Shown one piece after another: positions 43,701 to 49,071 of a stretch of DNA of 64,000 nt. Numbering within the stretch: position 1 is the first letter of the stretch; every line of letters begins with the position of its first letter. The notes under the pieces are model-generated. The model was given only the letters and a program-made list of their open reading frames with translations, had not been told where the DNA came from and ran no database searches. Position numbers and translations under genes: made by a program. The stretch spans positions 935 through 64,934 of the forward strand of contig JBAYHL010000003.1 in the NCBI GenBank assembly GCA_041666185.1, in the 5' to 3' direction. Origin of the DNA: Patescibacteria group bacterium. GTDB lineage: Bacteria > Patescibacteriota > UBA1384 > UBA12157 > JAENIV01.

Positions 43701-46700
43701 GGAATCTAGAGATTTTAGGAGTTACTGGTCTTTCTTCGGCGCAACTTTCTGTTACCAGTAATGATTTAACTGTTTACGGTAATTTAACTATCGGTGATGT
43801 GGCCACTCTTTCGGCGACGACAGCTAATATTTTAGTTGGTGGTGACTGGACTAACTCCAATACGTTTACTCCTGGTACTTCGATAGTTGATTTTACTAAA
43901 TCGGTTGGTGCTCAGACATTGAACTCGGGTGGTACTGGGACAGGCAAAGCCTTTAACAACCTTACTCACTCAGGGGCTGGAACTCTTCAACTTTCAACTA
44001 ATGCAATTAATATTGATGGTAATTTTACAAACTCTAATGGGGTTTTCAATGCCAATGGTTTAAACGTTAATGTTGCTAAAGATTGGAATATTTCTGTCGG
44101 TTCTTTTTCTGCAGGAGCAACCCCAGGTGATCAAACAGTTACTTTTGATTCAACTAGCCCAACAGTAATTTCTGGTTCGACAGATTTCAATAACTTAACC
44201 ATGGATGCTTCGGTTGATGGAGCTAAAACTATTACCTTTGAAGCTGGTTTTGTCCAGACAATCGCTGATGGAAAGACTTGGGATCTAAATGGTGGCAGCG
44301 GTAAGGTTTTAACTCTTCGTAGTTCAATACCTGATACTGCTTGGGAATTTGTAATTCCAGCTGATATGACTTCAGGGGAGTATATTGATGTTAAAGACAG
44401 CCAAAATAATACCAATGAGTTTAGAATTACACCTGGAGCAAATTGTATTGACTCTGGTAATAACGTTCCTGGTTGGTTGTTGTTCCCAGATGCGCCGACA
44501 ATTGGCACTCCACAAGCAATTTCGACAACGGCTGTTCGTTGGACATTTACAGACACTTCTTACAACGAAATTGGTTTTAAAGTTTACGATGCAGGCGATA
44601 ATTTGAAGGCAACTTGCCCAGGCGTGGATTTGACTTATTGCGATGAGGTTGGACTTTCAACAAACACTCAGTACTCTGGTCGCTACGTTGTTTCTTACAA
44701 CATGGCTGGTCAATCATCGCATTCAGGTACAGCGGCTTCAACTTACACTTTAGCCGACACGCCTTTAGCGCCAACCCTTCAGCAGTCATCTAGTACCTCT
44801 CTTAAGGTGATCGTCAATGTTAATGGTAACCCTTCTCCAACTCAATTTGCTATTTCCAACGAAAGTTTGGGTAAATATGTCCAGGCCGATGGCAGTAATG
44901 GCGATACCGCCGTTTGGCAAGATTATGCTACTTGGGGTGGAGAAAATGGTATTACCAACACTGGTTTAGTTCATTCAACAAATTATACTTATAGAGTTAA
45001 AGCTAGAAATGGCGATAATATTGAAACGGCAGTTTCTCCGTCGAACTCAGAGACGACACTGTCCCAAGGTCATGGTGACAAGCCTCCTTCACCGACACTA
45101 TCATCAACAGAGTCGCCAACAACATCTCCGGGCGCAACTCCTTCAGGTGGGGTAACAACGTCTCCAGGCGCAAGCCCTGTGCCAACTTCTTCGTCGGCCG
45201 ATGTTCAAGCGCCAACCGTGCCATCGAATTTACGAGCAACTAAGCTAGGAGCGATTACCTTAACTTTAGCTTGGGATAGTTCTTCAGATGACATTAGTGT
45301 TCAAGGGTACGAAATTTATAATCCTACTACCAATATTTTAGTTGGCACAACAGCAAATAACTTCTTTGATTTTTCAGGGCTTTTACCTAACACAACTTAC
45401 AAGTTTTACGTTCGGGCTTTTGATGGCGCTAACCATTACAGTCCAAACTCGGAAGTTTTAACGATTACTACCTTGGAAAGTCGTACAGAAGAGGAAAAGG
45501 CGATTGAAAAGCAGGGTGGGGTAGTTGCCTTCTTGATTATGGGTAATATGCCGCAATCAAGAAATGCCGGACAAAGTTTCCCAGCAGTTAAACTAACAGC
45601 CGCTGATGTTGGTGGTAATGTAGTTAAAGGCTACGATAAATCAGTTTATTTTACCTCTAGCGATACTCAAGCCAAGCTAACTTATGATGAATCTCATCCT
45701 TATACATTCCAAAGCTCCGATAATGGTGTTCATACATTTGCCCCTCGTGATTTTATTCTCAACACTCCTGGTCGTCAGCAAATTGCCGTAAGTGATAATT
45801 CAACAAAATCAACGGCTGAAATTCAAGTGAATTCGACAACTTCGGCGGTTTTACAGCGATCAGCTATTTATGTTGCAGGATTCTTAAATAGTCCTGAACA
45901 GGTTTCTAAGGCAAATCTAGTAGTGGCAGTTTTGATTGCCGGCGCTTTGCTTATGCCAACACTGGTTAATGCTTTTTCTAACGTAAATAATTTATGGCCA
46001 CAGCTTATTTATGGGTTTACTTATCTTTCGCAAATGCTTGGCCTTTCTAAGAGGCGACGTAAAACTTGGGGAGTGATTTTTAACTCTCAAACTGGTCAAC
46101 CAATACCATTTTCAATAGTAAAACTTCTTGATAAGAATAATCATTTAGTAGAGCTTGCTATTTCTGACAAGCAAGGAAGATACACTTTTGCTATGAAAGA
46201 GGGTACTTTTACCTTGAAAGTAAGTCGGGCTGATTTTGTTTTTCCTTCAAGTGAAAAGGCATCTAGTTTTTACGAGAAAGTTTACACTGGTTCAGAAATT
46301 AAAATTGCCGATGTAAATCAAAGCATTTTCTTTAACATACCTCTTGATCCACACGCCAAATCAACGTTTGGCTTAGGTTTGTGGATCTTTGTCATCAGAT
46401 TAAATCATTTTACTCAACAGATTCGTTTACCGCTTTTTGCTTTAGGAATGATTTTTGCGATTATGATGTTGGTGATTAATTTTAATCCGGTTTATATTAT
46501 CTTCTTAGCATTTTGTGCCCTGATGATTGTTCTTGATGTTACGCGCTTTGGGAGGGTTGTCGCCGCAGGTATGGTCTCTGACACCTACTCACGTCCTTTA
46601 CCTAAAGCGATTGTTCGTATTTACCATAAAGAAGATAACCGATTGATTAGCACGGATATTTCTAATAAATCTGGTCGGTTTAAGTTTAAAGTAAATCCTG

Positions 46701-46831
46701 GAGTTTACTATCTTGTGGCGACAAGACCACAATATGTTGATTTTAAAACTCACCTTATGTATCTTGAAAAAGATCAGAAGAAGGGGATTGCCACATCGAT
46801 TAATATTGAGCTTAGAAAAGAAACAAAGTAG
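28775..46831 (+). CDS. Giant cell-surface protein (6018 aa). N-terminal signal anchor, very long T/G/N/S-rich beta-helix-like repetitive region built from about 3.5-kb super-repeats, two FN3 domains, an Ig-like region, and a C-terminal cassette of CarboxypepD_reg-like domain, TM helices and a second such domain.
   Basis: Uninterrupted 18-kb ORF with RBS aggagggg. Motif N-L-T-H-S-G recurs. FN3 at PSNLRATKLGAITLTLAWD...YKFYVRAFD. C-terminus KRRRKTWGVIFNSQTGQPIPFSIVKLLD..., hydrophobic helices, then a second similar domain. Confidence 0.8.
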   Translation: MNQDEVNEAKSLDAEISKITKSTRATVPAMTPLHDILRQKYPWYYRWHLNPLSKVVHTLVLGLWIVLVTGTVVYSNVYQAPTAKAAADFTCTWDGTTGNWSDTAKWGGCNSEYPGQTGTTTYDVSIPSGSVTLDVASVDITAAGTTAGDISVVGTLNTNGNALTLHSMLVDTGGTLVAGISTFTVKSNWNHSAGTFIHNTSTIAMTGATGSITTGTDLKYVYNLTTTTAGQTITFANRTGIKGVLTVGNASSAVTLNGNQLIDLYDNTTPLSLTGLYSITSVQMTFRATSPLSIPAATYGVVYIFLNATNTISLSGTTTFSALDIYSAVDSATSTLDTAGYTVNTVNLSIGSASGTSHCGKFIANNSTVNVSGNVLIRACGAGTAELDAGSSTINVGGDYTNNSTFTASTSTINFNKTSGTQTLTSGGTGTGKLFNNLTHSGAGILRLATNDIDVNGTFTNSAGTFDADTNDKSMNFAGAWNNTGSATFSRGSGMLYFDGATTLTDSSSNAGDLGVVYITPTCVLTLGSNAKMTSVTSVVFLGNLNMGSGNTLTLTGTGTPMSWFDTTTFQKGTNSTVTYTGTTTATNVATVAYNNLTLTPTAATTYSLAGNLTGASAMSGNLTINANATLNTTTSNYGISTINLTINGTLSANASAITLSGSWNSTTGHYNRTSGSSGSHVTMTGTTGTASINFNPADFWTSTTSFNYLEINAPGNTVTLSSDITFWYDCQLNLQSGTINGSRYITFAYPNNSSPYINTAASFGASLPTVSYIIGTSNPASPTIVSSEIYPNLTITTGSACPAGTECYAKLSSGISANNLIVSGQTGKKATLNADIHDISVGNALIMGTAGGYYGELDINSSLTVNNYVSIVNSGVAFSNKLVAGTGTSISVANDFMNYDTFEAGTSTITFNGSTTNRGITTNGDAFYNLTIDGAGGGWIAQSAVNVTHDFNITNGTFDLKSGSNYALNVGNDFIGNNGTWTFEMRASTITVSGNWNTSAKAWDSTNNNALKTGTSTVVMNGTGTKTITTGVTNAWESRFYNLTVGQSGNTTSLAQAVGTDGVLTVGTGTFSIATDKTIYLKKPTGDVLSLDPAAVLVGVGTGHLSLHSNGTSGTLNLPAHTYDMSIWLSGGGFTVAQTGDVIINGNLMVNGDQQASRVANYNTGNHSLTISGNLQVGYNTTTYDANKTFTAGSSTVTVGGNMTQYGILTAGSSTFDFNSASSRTLDSGGTGANQTFNNLTHSGNNTLQLVTNSININGNLTNSAGEFDANGLNVDVAGNWDVAGGGFYAGATPGTQTVTLDGAGGSTQAISGSTTFNNLTATTATARTLQFAAASTTVVEGVLTMDGAAGQLLSLRSSSSGSWWYFGTLNPAETSYLDIQDSDASLGATNTANTSNDSGNNQNWVFGGGVTYISGTVYTNENKSTNVGAGITVAISVNGGAKNTITTTAGGVFSFNSVGVAANNTLTIFTDDVTYKSNLVTQVLNTVDDITGLEMYTGDISLRHETAGPLTNTLLATADNLADPNMFFSVDGSNNATFSKKLWVESGYNYTPGGNVTVNDSTEIRSLATLNLGSSGYILTLGGTSATPLVVSGTLSTGSSSTVKYTAVNAGSNVSVVATPYNNLQFSPASAESYDLAGNLTVANAMTGSLTVDANATLNTYVGTTSYNISCVNGTVNASGTLYAGANGSTGTSTFTASGNWDTSNGTFTYGTSTVVLTGTANLGAGSSASHSLYNLTMTTPGQIVTLSSIATKVYGTFTVGSTSGAKVTLQRGGGNAWFYLYNNTTPLVFNGTYNGSPGYNIDDLNTVYNPTLDTSFVGGHFGNLYFTCNNKTITLANAVTATGNLFIYSSNSTYRSTVDTASNAVTAGTLNLGQASYTSNYATLLANASTITAANVVIRTGALANNILNAGSATINVSTNWTNADTFTAGTSTVNFNGTTTQTITGANTWYNLTIANTAGTPSDTYDVDPTAAQTVTNTFNINDGQWSGFNGDTYNNININYTNGTVNGIFKPDAGANINISSNWTQALNSVFTYGTSTITFTGSGKTIGGTASYSIFYNITINPGASVTNNLPYVYNFGPNFTANGTFTVGDGKYVGLYYVGGSTVSIGDGGLIQGIDVADSIFNVEDLAPTVNLTGTGNFGSNLYLRFMFVDSNGTLPSLNYKAGKVEAYGLYFTSGTYTITPTAGTLDIDGDFSIMGEEYDQMTSTIDFNNSNNTTINIGGSFSRTDAFGVPEIKYTKGTTDTVTFDAAAGTKTFDPGTTSVFNNLTHSGAGTLQLANTALNIDGNFSNSESAGEFDANGLNINAAGNWDVAGGGFYAGATPGTQTVTLDGAGGSTQAISGSTTFNNLTATAATARTLQFEGGQLNMVSGTLTMNGAAGQLLSLRSSSPGTTWYFATSGTPTTSYLDVKDSDATLGATISASNSLNSGNNYNWSFGGGVNYMSGTVYTNENKSTNVGVGVTVAVSVNGTAKQTTTTTAGGVFSFNSVGVAANETLTFFTDDVTYKSNLVTQVLNTVDDITGLEMYTGDISLRHETAGPITNTLLATADNLADPNMFFSVDGSNNATFSKKLWLESGYTYTPGGNATVNDNTEVRSTATLNLGSSGYILTLGGTSATPLVVSGTLSTGSSSTVKYTAVNAGGNVNVTTVPYNNLQFTPASAESYDLTGNLTVANAMTGSLTIDTNATFSTTASNYNVAGINATIVGTLTPNASTITLSGNWDSSTGTVNMTGNTSTVEITGNSSINGKSWVNTFYNLKTAYTDKNVSWTNNSAIINQLTLMGTNPSTSHITGVASQYGPNLNVSGSNLVVSNGANMVNLTILYTGSGATTITPGTFYSILAVAPSSSTQTLGGDVTCDYVRVFGSSGQTATLDLNGYTLNSVSSTGFNQIGWDGDNTRYGKIINSSQTTDATINANGGGSGGIKISTSNTGGKNILDASGVGPANHTINVNMAGNWTNNDQFIYSNSTVKFTGTGAIDNTASWGDNNKRMHSLIIEAGAGTVTLTNGAYLMGTGTLTLNSGILTGNKNIYVNAFNGSYVNNGISNFGASKPVITMMVSSTNPASPDIISGASATYPYPYLETRGGISSATVYGKMGGNITSSSFTIAPWQTNDTLEVDTDNYSITVNGWMFVGANWATSHASILNARHSTITVTGEVGIYSHDTNPTPSELRFDDTGGSLSVMGNFNFDTAGGSVRGIFTPGHSTVTFNGANTQAIIGANTWYNLTIANTAGSPSDTYDVDPTAAQTVTNTFNINDGQYSAFNGDSYNDININYTSSTVKGIFKPDAAASVTVSGNWSLATSATFTYGTSTIIFTGSGKTIGGTSLSWSLYSLVINPGASITSNTAYIYVYGTTFTVNGTFSVNNISVYAPTVTVNSTLTVGDAKMLYWSNSNQTLNIGDGGLIQGVDVADSVFRIIGDATPTINLTGTGNFGSSLYLQFMIYYGDLALPSLNYQAGKVEVFGSFAFESIVHNIVPTAGNLDIDWDLSIKCELIFGTGTPTMNLYNSNNTPINIGGSFTRAEIGAVGAIAKYTKGTTDTVTFDAASGTKTFDPGSLSTFNNVTHSGAGTLQLANTALNADGNLTNSAGTFDANGLNINVAGNFDISGGSFSAGTVPGTQTVTLDGAGGSTQAISGSTTFNNLTASATAARTLQFAASSTTAVSGTLTMNGATSQLISLRSSSSGTAWNLNATNAPTLTYVDAQDSNASGGALITANNSNDSGNNTNWTFGGGVTYISGTVYTNENKSTNVGAGITVAISVDGEAKQTTTTTTGGVFAFNSVGVAANNTLTLFTDDVTYKGNLITQVLNTTNDITGLEMYTEDIVIRHETVGPMTNTLLATAATLADPNMFFSVSGGNATFTKKLWLESGFNYTSGGQASVTDLETRGTSTFAPQANSVFASGNWTISATGILTTSGTIDFTKLSGTQTLNSGGTDSNHQLYGLTHSGAGTLQLTSNAIVENNTFTNSDGTFDTNNLNTFFLGDWNNTGDAIYSRGSGILDFVGTSIITNTSTNAESLAGVIIIGTATLNSNLTIQSVTGSGTLNLGSGSYTLTVTSTGSGLGVTNFNKGTGSTVVFTGTGASVNIATFAYNNLTLSPATSATYSLTGNLTGANAMSGNLTINTNATLDLRPSTTDYSLTAVNVTVGGVLDAGSSSSTVTVGGNWDVSTGTFTRGTSIVAFTGSSASINCGAAYWNNQFWTINFPSAGTTTTTLTNSISVRNTSLGSSTNTITSATNLSIEVWNSGTPVTNNNAVLSNVQLTYNASGATNVAAGNSFGNVKFFSDTNSVTYTLQGDINAAVVTVYSSNDNRTATLDLDGHNLTLSSSLSVGLTGNTIRNGVIQNTNVTTKSTITSTDLTIYNGAGNNKILANGTQTIDFNVAGNWTNSDTFTAGASTVTFNGTTTQTITGANTWYNLTIANTYVTPSDTYDVDPTAAQTVTNTFNVNDGQYSAFNGDSYNDININYTSSSAKGILKPDAAASITVSGNWTYMSGATITTGTSTFTFTGSGKTIGGTGSSSFYNFVINPGASITGNATSLYVYGPTFTVNGTFNINSVYFYGATLTVNSTLTVGDGKIFYWSYPDLTLSIGDGGLIQGVDVNDSIFEISNDSTPTINLAGTGNFGSNLYLQFYLYSGSLSIPSLHYQAGKVEVYGSFAFESSTHTVVPTAGTLDIDGNFSLKSEVFISGTPVIDFNNSNNTTINIGGNFSRTEIGGAVAKYTKGTTDTVTFDAASDTKTFDPGSTSVFNNVTHSGESTLQLVNTNLNVDGNFTNSAGTFDANGRDITVAGSWSNTATFDKETRTVTFDGGATGKTINGGASGFYNLTINGAGGGWTLDTSNLTTVTNISINSGTLNTGTLSLGTASSTVLNVDGGNLNGGSNTINAKTFNVLSGAFVSGSGQVNLGTNSSWGYYGHTSGTADWTTNNTTLYIYSNSERTLPPDTYHHLTLAAVIIPFSGDPIYSLTGATVLEGNLEILGVTGLSSAQLSVTSNDLTVYGNLTIGDVATLSATTANILVGGDWTNSNTFTPGTSIVDFTKSVGAQTLNSGGTGTGKAFNNLTHSGAGTLQLSTNAINIDGNFTNSNGVFNANGLNVNVAKDWNISVGSFSAGATPGDQTVTFDSTSPTVISGSTDFNNLTMDASVDGAKTITFEAGFVQTIADGKTWDLNGGSGKVLTLRSSIPDTAWEFVIPADMTSGEYIDVKDSQNNTNEFRITPGANCIDSGNNVPGWLLFPDAPTIGTPQAISTTAVRWTFTDTSYNEIGFKVYDAGDNLKATCPGVDLTYCDEVGLSTNTQYSGRYVVSYNMAGQSSHSGTAASTYTLADTPLAPTLQQSSSTSLKVIVNVNGNPSPTQFAISNESLGKYVQADGSNGDTAVWQDYATWGGENGITNTGLVHSTNYTYRVKARNGDNIETAVSPSNSETTLSQGHGDKPPSPTLSSTESPTTSPGATPSGGVTTSPGASPVPTSSSADVQAPTVPSNLRATKLGAITLTLAWDSSSDDISVQGYEIYNPTTNILVGTTANNFFDFSGLLPNTTYKFYVRAFDGANHYSPNSEVLTITTLESRTEEEKAIEKQGGVVAFLIMGNMPQSRNAGQSFPAVKLTAADVGGNVVKGYDKSVYFTSSDTQAKLTYDESHPYTFQSSDNGVHTFAPRDFILNTPGRQQIAVSDNSTKSTAEIQVNSTTSAVLQRSAIYVAGFLNSPEQVSKANLVVAVLIAGALLMPTLVNAFSNVNNLWPQLIYGFTYLSQMLGLSKRRRKTWGVIFNSQTGQPIPFSIVKLLDKNNHLVELAISDKQGRYTFAMKEGTFTLKVSRADFVFPSSEKASSFYEKVYTGSEIKIADVNQSIFFNIPLDPHAKSTFGLGLWIFVIRLNHFTQQIRLPLFALGMIFAIMMLVINFNPVYIIFLAFCALMIVLDVTRFGRVVAAGMVSDTYSRPLPKAIVRIYHKEDNRLISTDISNKSGRFKFKVNPGVYYLVATRPQYVDFKTHLMYLEKDQKKGIATSINIELRKETK
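32340..43200 (+). repeat. Intragenic super-repeats within the giant gene. Block A (about 1.4 kb) lies at about 32380, 35480, 39380, with partial copies at 42950 and 43880. Block B (about 1.05 kb) lies at about 34560, 38390, 41950. Block C at about 30000-30680 repeats at about 40560-41180.
   Basis: Example: 32622-32760 and 35722-35860 are near-identical DNA, with 2 mismatches in about 115 bp. Peptide ANTWYNLTIANTAGTPSDTYDVDPTAAQTVTNTFNINDGQ occurs three times. Peptide SGTVYTNENKSTNVG occurs three times. Confidence 0.85.
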
Positions 46832-46854
46832 GGGGTACAAACAATCGCGGGTAA

Positions 46855-46894
46855 CAAAAAAGACTCCTGGAGGGGCTCTAGGAGTCTTTTTTGA
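46855..46894. terminator. Bidirectional terminator (AGACTCCT...AGGAGTCT plus T-run), followed by a second perfect 11-bp stem GAACCTGTCTT/AAGACAGGTTC (46893-46932)
   Basis: Seen directly. It lies between the convergent giant gene and the ldt gene. Confidence 0.7.
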
Positions 46895-46952
46895 ACCTGT
46901 CTTTATCATATTCGTGATAGCAAGACAGGTTCAACTCAAATTAAATCTTCTG

Positions 46953-48437
46953 TTAATAATGAATGTAGACCGGTGTACCAACGTCATCCCAGTTAAAGAT
47001 CCATTCAGCGTCAGAAGTGGCCATATTAACACAACCATGAGACATTGGGTGACCAAAATTACTGTGCCAATAGGTACCATGAATAGAATAATCACCAGAA
47101 AACCAACTAATGTAAGGAACACCTGGTAGATAGTAGTCAGGTCCATCCATTAAAGCTGCACGATCTTTACCATAAACACTAAATTCGCCTGTAGGAGTCG
47201 CGTAACCGCTTTTACCAGTCGAGACTAAGAACTGGTTAACCAAAGTGCTGCCTTCGAAAGCGTATAAAGTTTGTTCAGAAAGATTAATATCAATATATTT
47301 ACTACCATAACGACCTGGTTGAGCGTGAGGATATATAGTTTTTTGTCCTCGTGGAATAGTAGAAGTGACCATTGCAAAACTGCTACTTTGTGAGCGAGCT
47401 AAAGCGTCTCTGATTTGAGCTGTTAAGGTGTCAGTATCGACTCCACGGCCATCTTGGCCCTCGGAAATAACATTGCCAGTACCATCTTCAACTTCACGAT
47501 CAGTGGCAGGAACTTCAACTTGCTCGGCTACCCAATTAACAAAAGCATTTGGTGAAATGGAAGTAGCAAGTTTATCACCATCTTCATTAAATTTAATCCA
47601 AGAGCTGATTTCTCTGCTTCCTGCTGACCAAGAAGAGGTGTCAAAAGTCACGGTAATAGGCGCAGCCGTGAGATATTTTTCTGCTTGAGATTTGGCTTCA
47701 GTAGTGCCCTCGTCGTTTATAGCTGGTTCTAAATCGGAAGTTTGCATAACAATAGATCCTGAAATATTACCAGAATTAATAAGGGCAGTTAAATCATTCT
47801 TTAATTGATCCTTATTTAACCCGCGGCCTTTTTCAGAAGGAGTAAGGTTAACTTGACCATTTTCAATTGAAAGAGTTGCATTTTTTGGTTCTTTTTCGAC
47901 AACAGAAGATAATTGTGATAAATACTCATTAAACTTTACTTCATCAATTTGAGGTTTAATCTCTAAAACAAAACCACTAATTGCTAATTGATAATTTTCT
48001 TGTAATTTTTCTTTAAGACTCTCTCCACGGCCATAATTAAAAGCTTGGTCTAAAATTTTATCTGTATCAAAAGTAATTCCCATCTCAGAAAGGGTAGGTT
48101 TTACGGTCTGATCGTTATAAGTGATTTCTGGACCATTATTTTCTAAAATTTTAATTTTTTCTTCAACTTGGGTTTTAGCTTGTTCGTGAGTTAGGCCGCC
48201 AACTTTAATGCCGGCAACCATTACCTTAGGGTAAATTTTATCAGCGTAAGCACGATTAAAATACCAAACACCGCTGATTAGAGTAGTAATTACCAAAAAA
48301 CTTATACCAATTTTAATATAAGTTTGTTTAGAAATTACCAAAGATTTCTTTTTGGTTGTAGCTTTTGATTGTTTAGTTTTTGTTTTACCACTAGGCAAAA
48401 TGTTTAATTTTGTCGCGGTAGTTGTTAAGTTGTTCAT
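46953..48437 (-). CDS. L,D-transpeptidase (YkuD family), membrane anchored
   Basis: C-terminal YkuD domain with the catalytic ...SHGCVNM... motif. N-terminal TM helix. Confidence 0.8.
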   Translation of the reverse strand: MNNLTTTATKLNILPSGKTKTKQSKATTKKKSLVISKQTYIKIGISFLVITTLISGVWYFNRAYADKIYPKVMVAGIKVGGLTHEQAKTQVEEKIKILENNGPEITYNDQTVKPTLSEMGITFDTDKILDQAFNYGRGESLKEKLQENYQLAISGFVLEIKPQIDEVKFNEYLSQLSSVVEKEPKNATLSIENGQVNLTPSEKGRGLNKDQLKNDLTALINSGNISGSIVMQTSDLEPAINDEGTTEAKSQAEKYLTAAPITVTFDTSSWSAGSREISSWIKFNEDGDKLATSISPNAFVNWVAEQVEVPATDREVEDGTGNVISEGQDGRGVDTDTLTAQIRDALARSQSSSFAMVTSTIPRGQKTIYPHAQPGRYGSKYIDINLSEQTLYAFEGSTLVNQFLVSTGKSGYATPTGEFSVYGKDRAALMDGPDYYLPGVPYISWFSGDYSIHGTYWHSNFGHPMSHGCVNMATSDAEWIFNWDDVGTPVYIHY

Positions 48438-48477
48438 TGCCCCTCCACTCCGTGTTTTGTGTTCCTTTTTATTTTTT

Positions 48478-48552
48478 GTTTTAAGGTATCTGTTTTTATG
48501 ACATTAAGACAGTATATCAAAAAAATCGTCTTCTGTCAAGATGGAAGACGAA
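48478..48552 (-). promoter_or_regulatory. Consensus promoter TTGACA-17-TATACT and conserved leader for ldt (minus strand). The -35 lies in the loop of the tRNA operon terminator CGTCTTC...GAAGACG.
   Basis: On the minus strand: TTGACA (plus 48534-48539), 17-nt spacer, TATACT (plus 48511-48516). The leader is nearly identical to the one at 50732..50790. Confidence 0.55.
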
Positions 48553-48555
48553 AAT

Positions 48556-48589
48556 TGGTGCGCGGAGCAGGATTCGAACCTGCAACCGG
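48556..48589 (-). pseudogene. tRNA 3' fragment (variable region, T-arm GCAGG-TTCGAAT-CCTGC, acceptor 3' strand, CCA) lacking a 5' half
   Basis: Minus strand reads CGGTTGCAGGTTCGAATCCTGCTCCGCGCACCA. No complementary acceptor 5' strand or D/anticodon arms lie upstream. Confidence 0.5.
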
Positions 48590-48615
48590 GCGTGTATGGT
48601 TATCTTTTTTGCTTT

Positions 48616-48690
48616 TGGTGGGCGCGGATGGATTCGAACCATCAACCGATCGGATATAAGCCGATTGCTCCGCCGTTGAGCTACGCGCCC
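48616..48690 (-). tRNA. tRNA-Ile with anticodon TAT (UAU), CCA encoded
   Basis: Acceptor GGGCGCG/CGCGCCC. D-arm GCTC-AACGGCG-GAGC. Anticodon stem ATCGG/CCGAT with loop CTTATAT. T-arm GATGG-TTCGAAT-CCATC. Discriminator A, then CCA. Confidence 0.7.
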
Positions 48691-48733
48691 ACCAGCAACA
48701 AAAAAGAAAAGACGCCTGTTGAAATCTACTAAC

Positions 48734-48762
48734 ATTTTATCCTGTTTTTCTAATAATTTCAA
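48734..48762 (-). promoter_or_regulatory. Promoter for the minus-strand tRNA-Ile transcript (TTGAAA-17-TAAAAT on the minus strand)
   Basis: Plus strand shows tttcaa at 48757-48762 and atttta at 48734-48739. Confidence 0.35.
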
Positions 48763-48777
48763 TCATTTTACTGTTTT

Positions 48778-48878
48778 GTCCTGTGCTACTCGGCACAGGA
48801 CTTGACCCCCACACCTATTGTCGATTTGGTTGTTTTGGATCACAAAACAAAGTTTGTTGATGAAATAGGTGTGGGGGT
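48778..48878. repeat. Two adjacent long palindromes: perfect 9-bp hairpin GTCCTGTGC-tactcg-GCACAGGAC, and 15-bp inverted repeat ACCCCCACACCTATT / AATAGGTGTGGGGGT separated by 44 nt
   Basis: Seen directly. The right arm abuts the -35 of the promoter at 48878. Confidence 0.6.
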
Positions 48879-48906
48879 TGACATTGATTGTCCTTGCCAC
48901 TAATAT
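48878..48906 (+). promoter_or_regulatory. Consensus promoter TTGACA-17-TAATAT, followed by a structured leader of about 160 nt ahead of CDS 49072
   Basis: ttgaca at 48878-48883 and taatat at 48901-48906. Confidence 0.5.
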
Positions 48907-49071
48907 CTGTTATTTTTGATTTGCTATAGTTTTACGCAAAAATCTTCAGGGACGATCTTACGCACAAATTTAGGGTCCGCCTTGGCTTGACGCCAGGCGA
49001 GATGGGTAGGGTCACCAGTCCGGATTATGGCACAGTTAATAGTAGCTTAAAAATTTATTATAAGGAGTAAA

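Noticed and set aside
29883-45239. Many 60 to 140-aa ORFs on both strands within the giant gene
   Set aside because: Alternative-frame artefacts of a repetitive, compositionally biased 18-kb ORF.
28775-46831. Possibility that the repeats in this interval are a CRISPR array or tandem satellite
   Set aside because: The repeats are long (about 1 kb), imperfect, and in frame within one ORF. There is no short repeat-spacer periodicity.
46598-47146. ORFs 46598..46909 (-), 46713..47129 (+) and 46931..47146 (-)
   Set aside because: They span the convergent terminators between the giant gene and ldt, or are out of frame within ldt.
48459-48762. ORFs 48459..48659 (+), 48541..48732 (+) and 48517..48762 (-)
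   Set aside because: They cover tRNA-Ile and the tRNA fragment. The GFEP peptide motifs are the translated T-arm (GGATTCGAACC).
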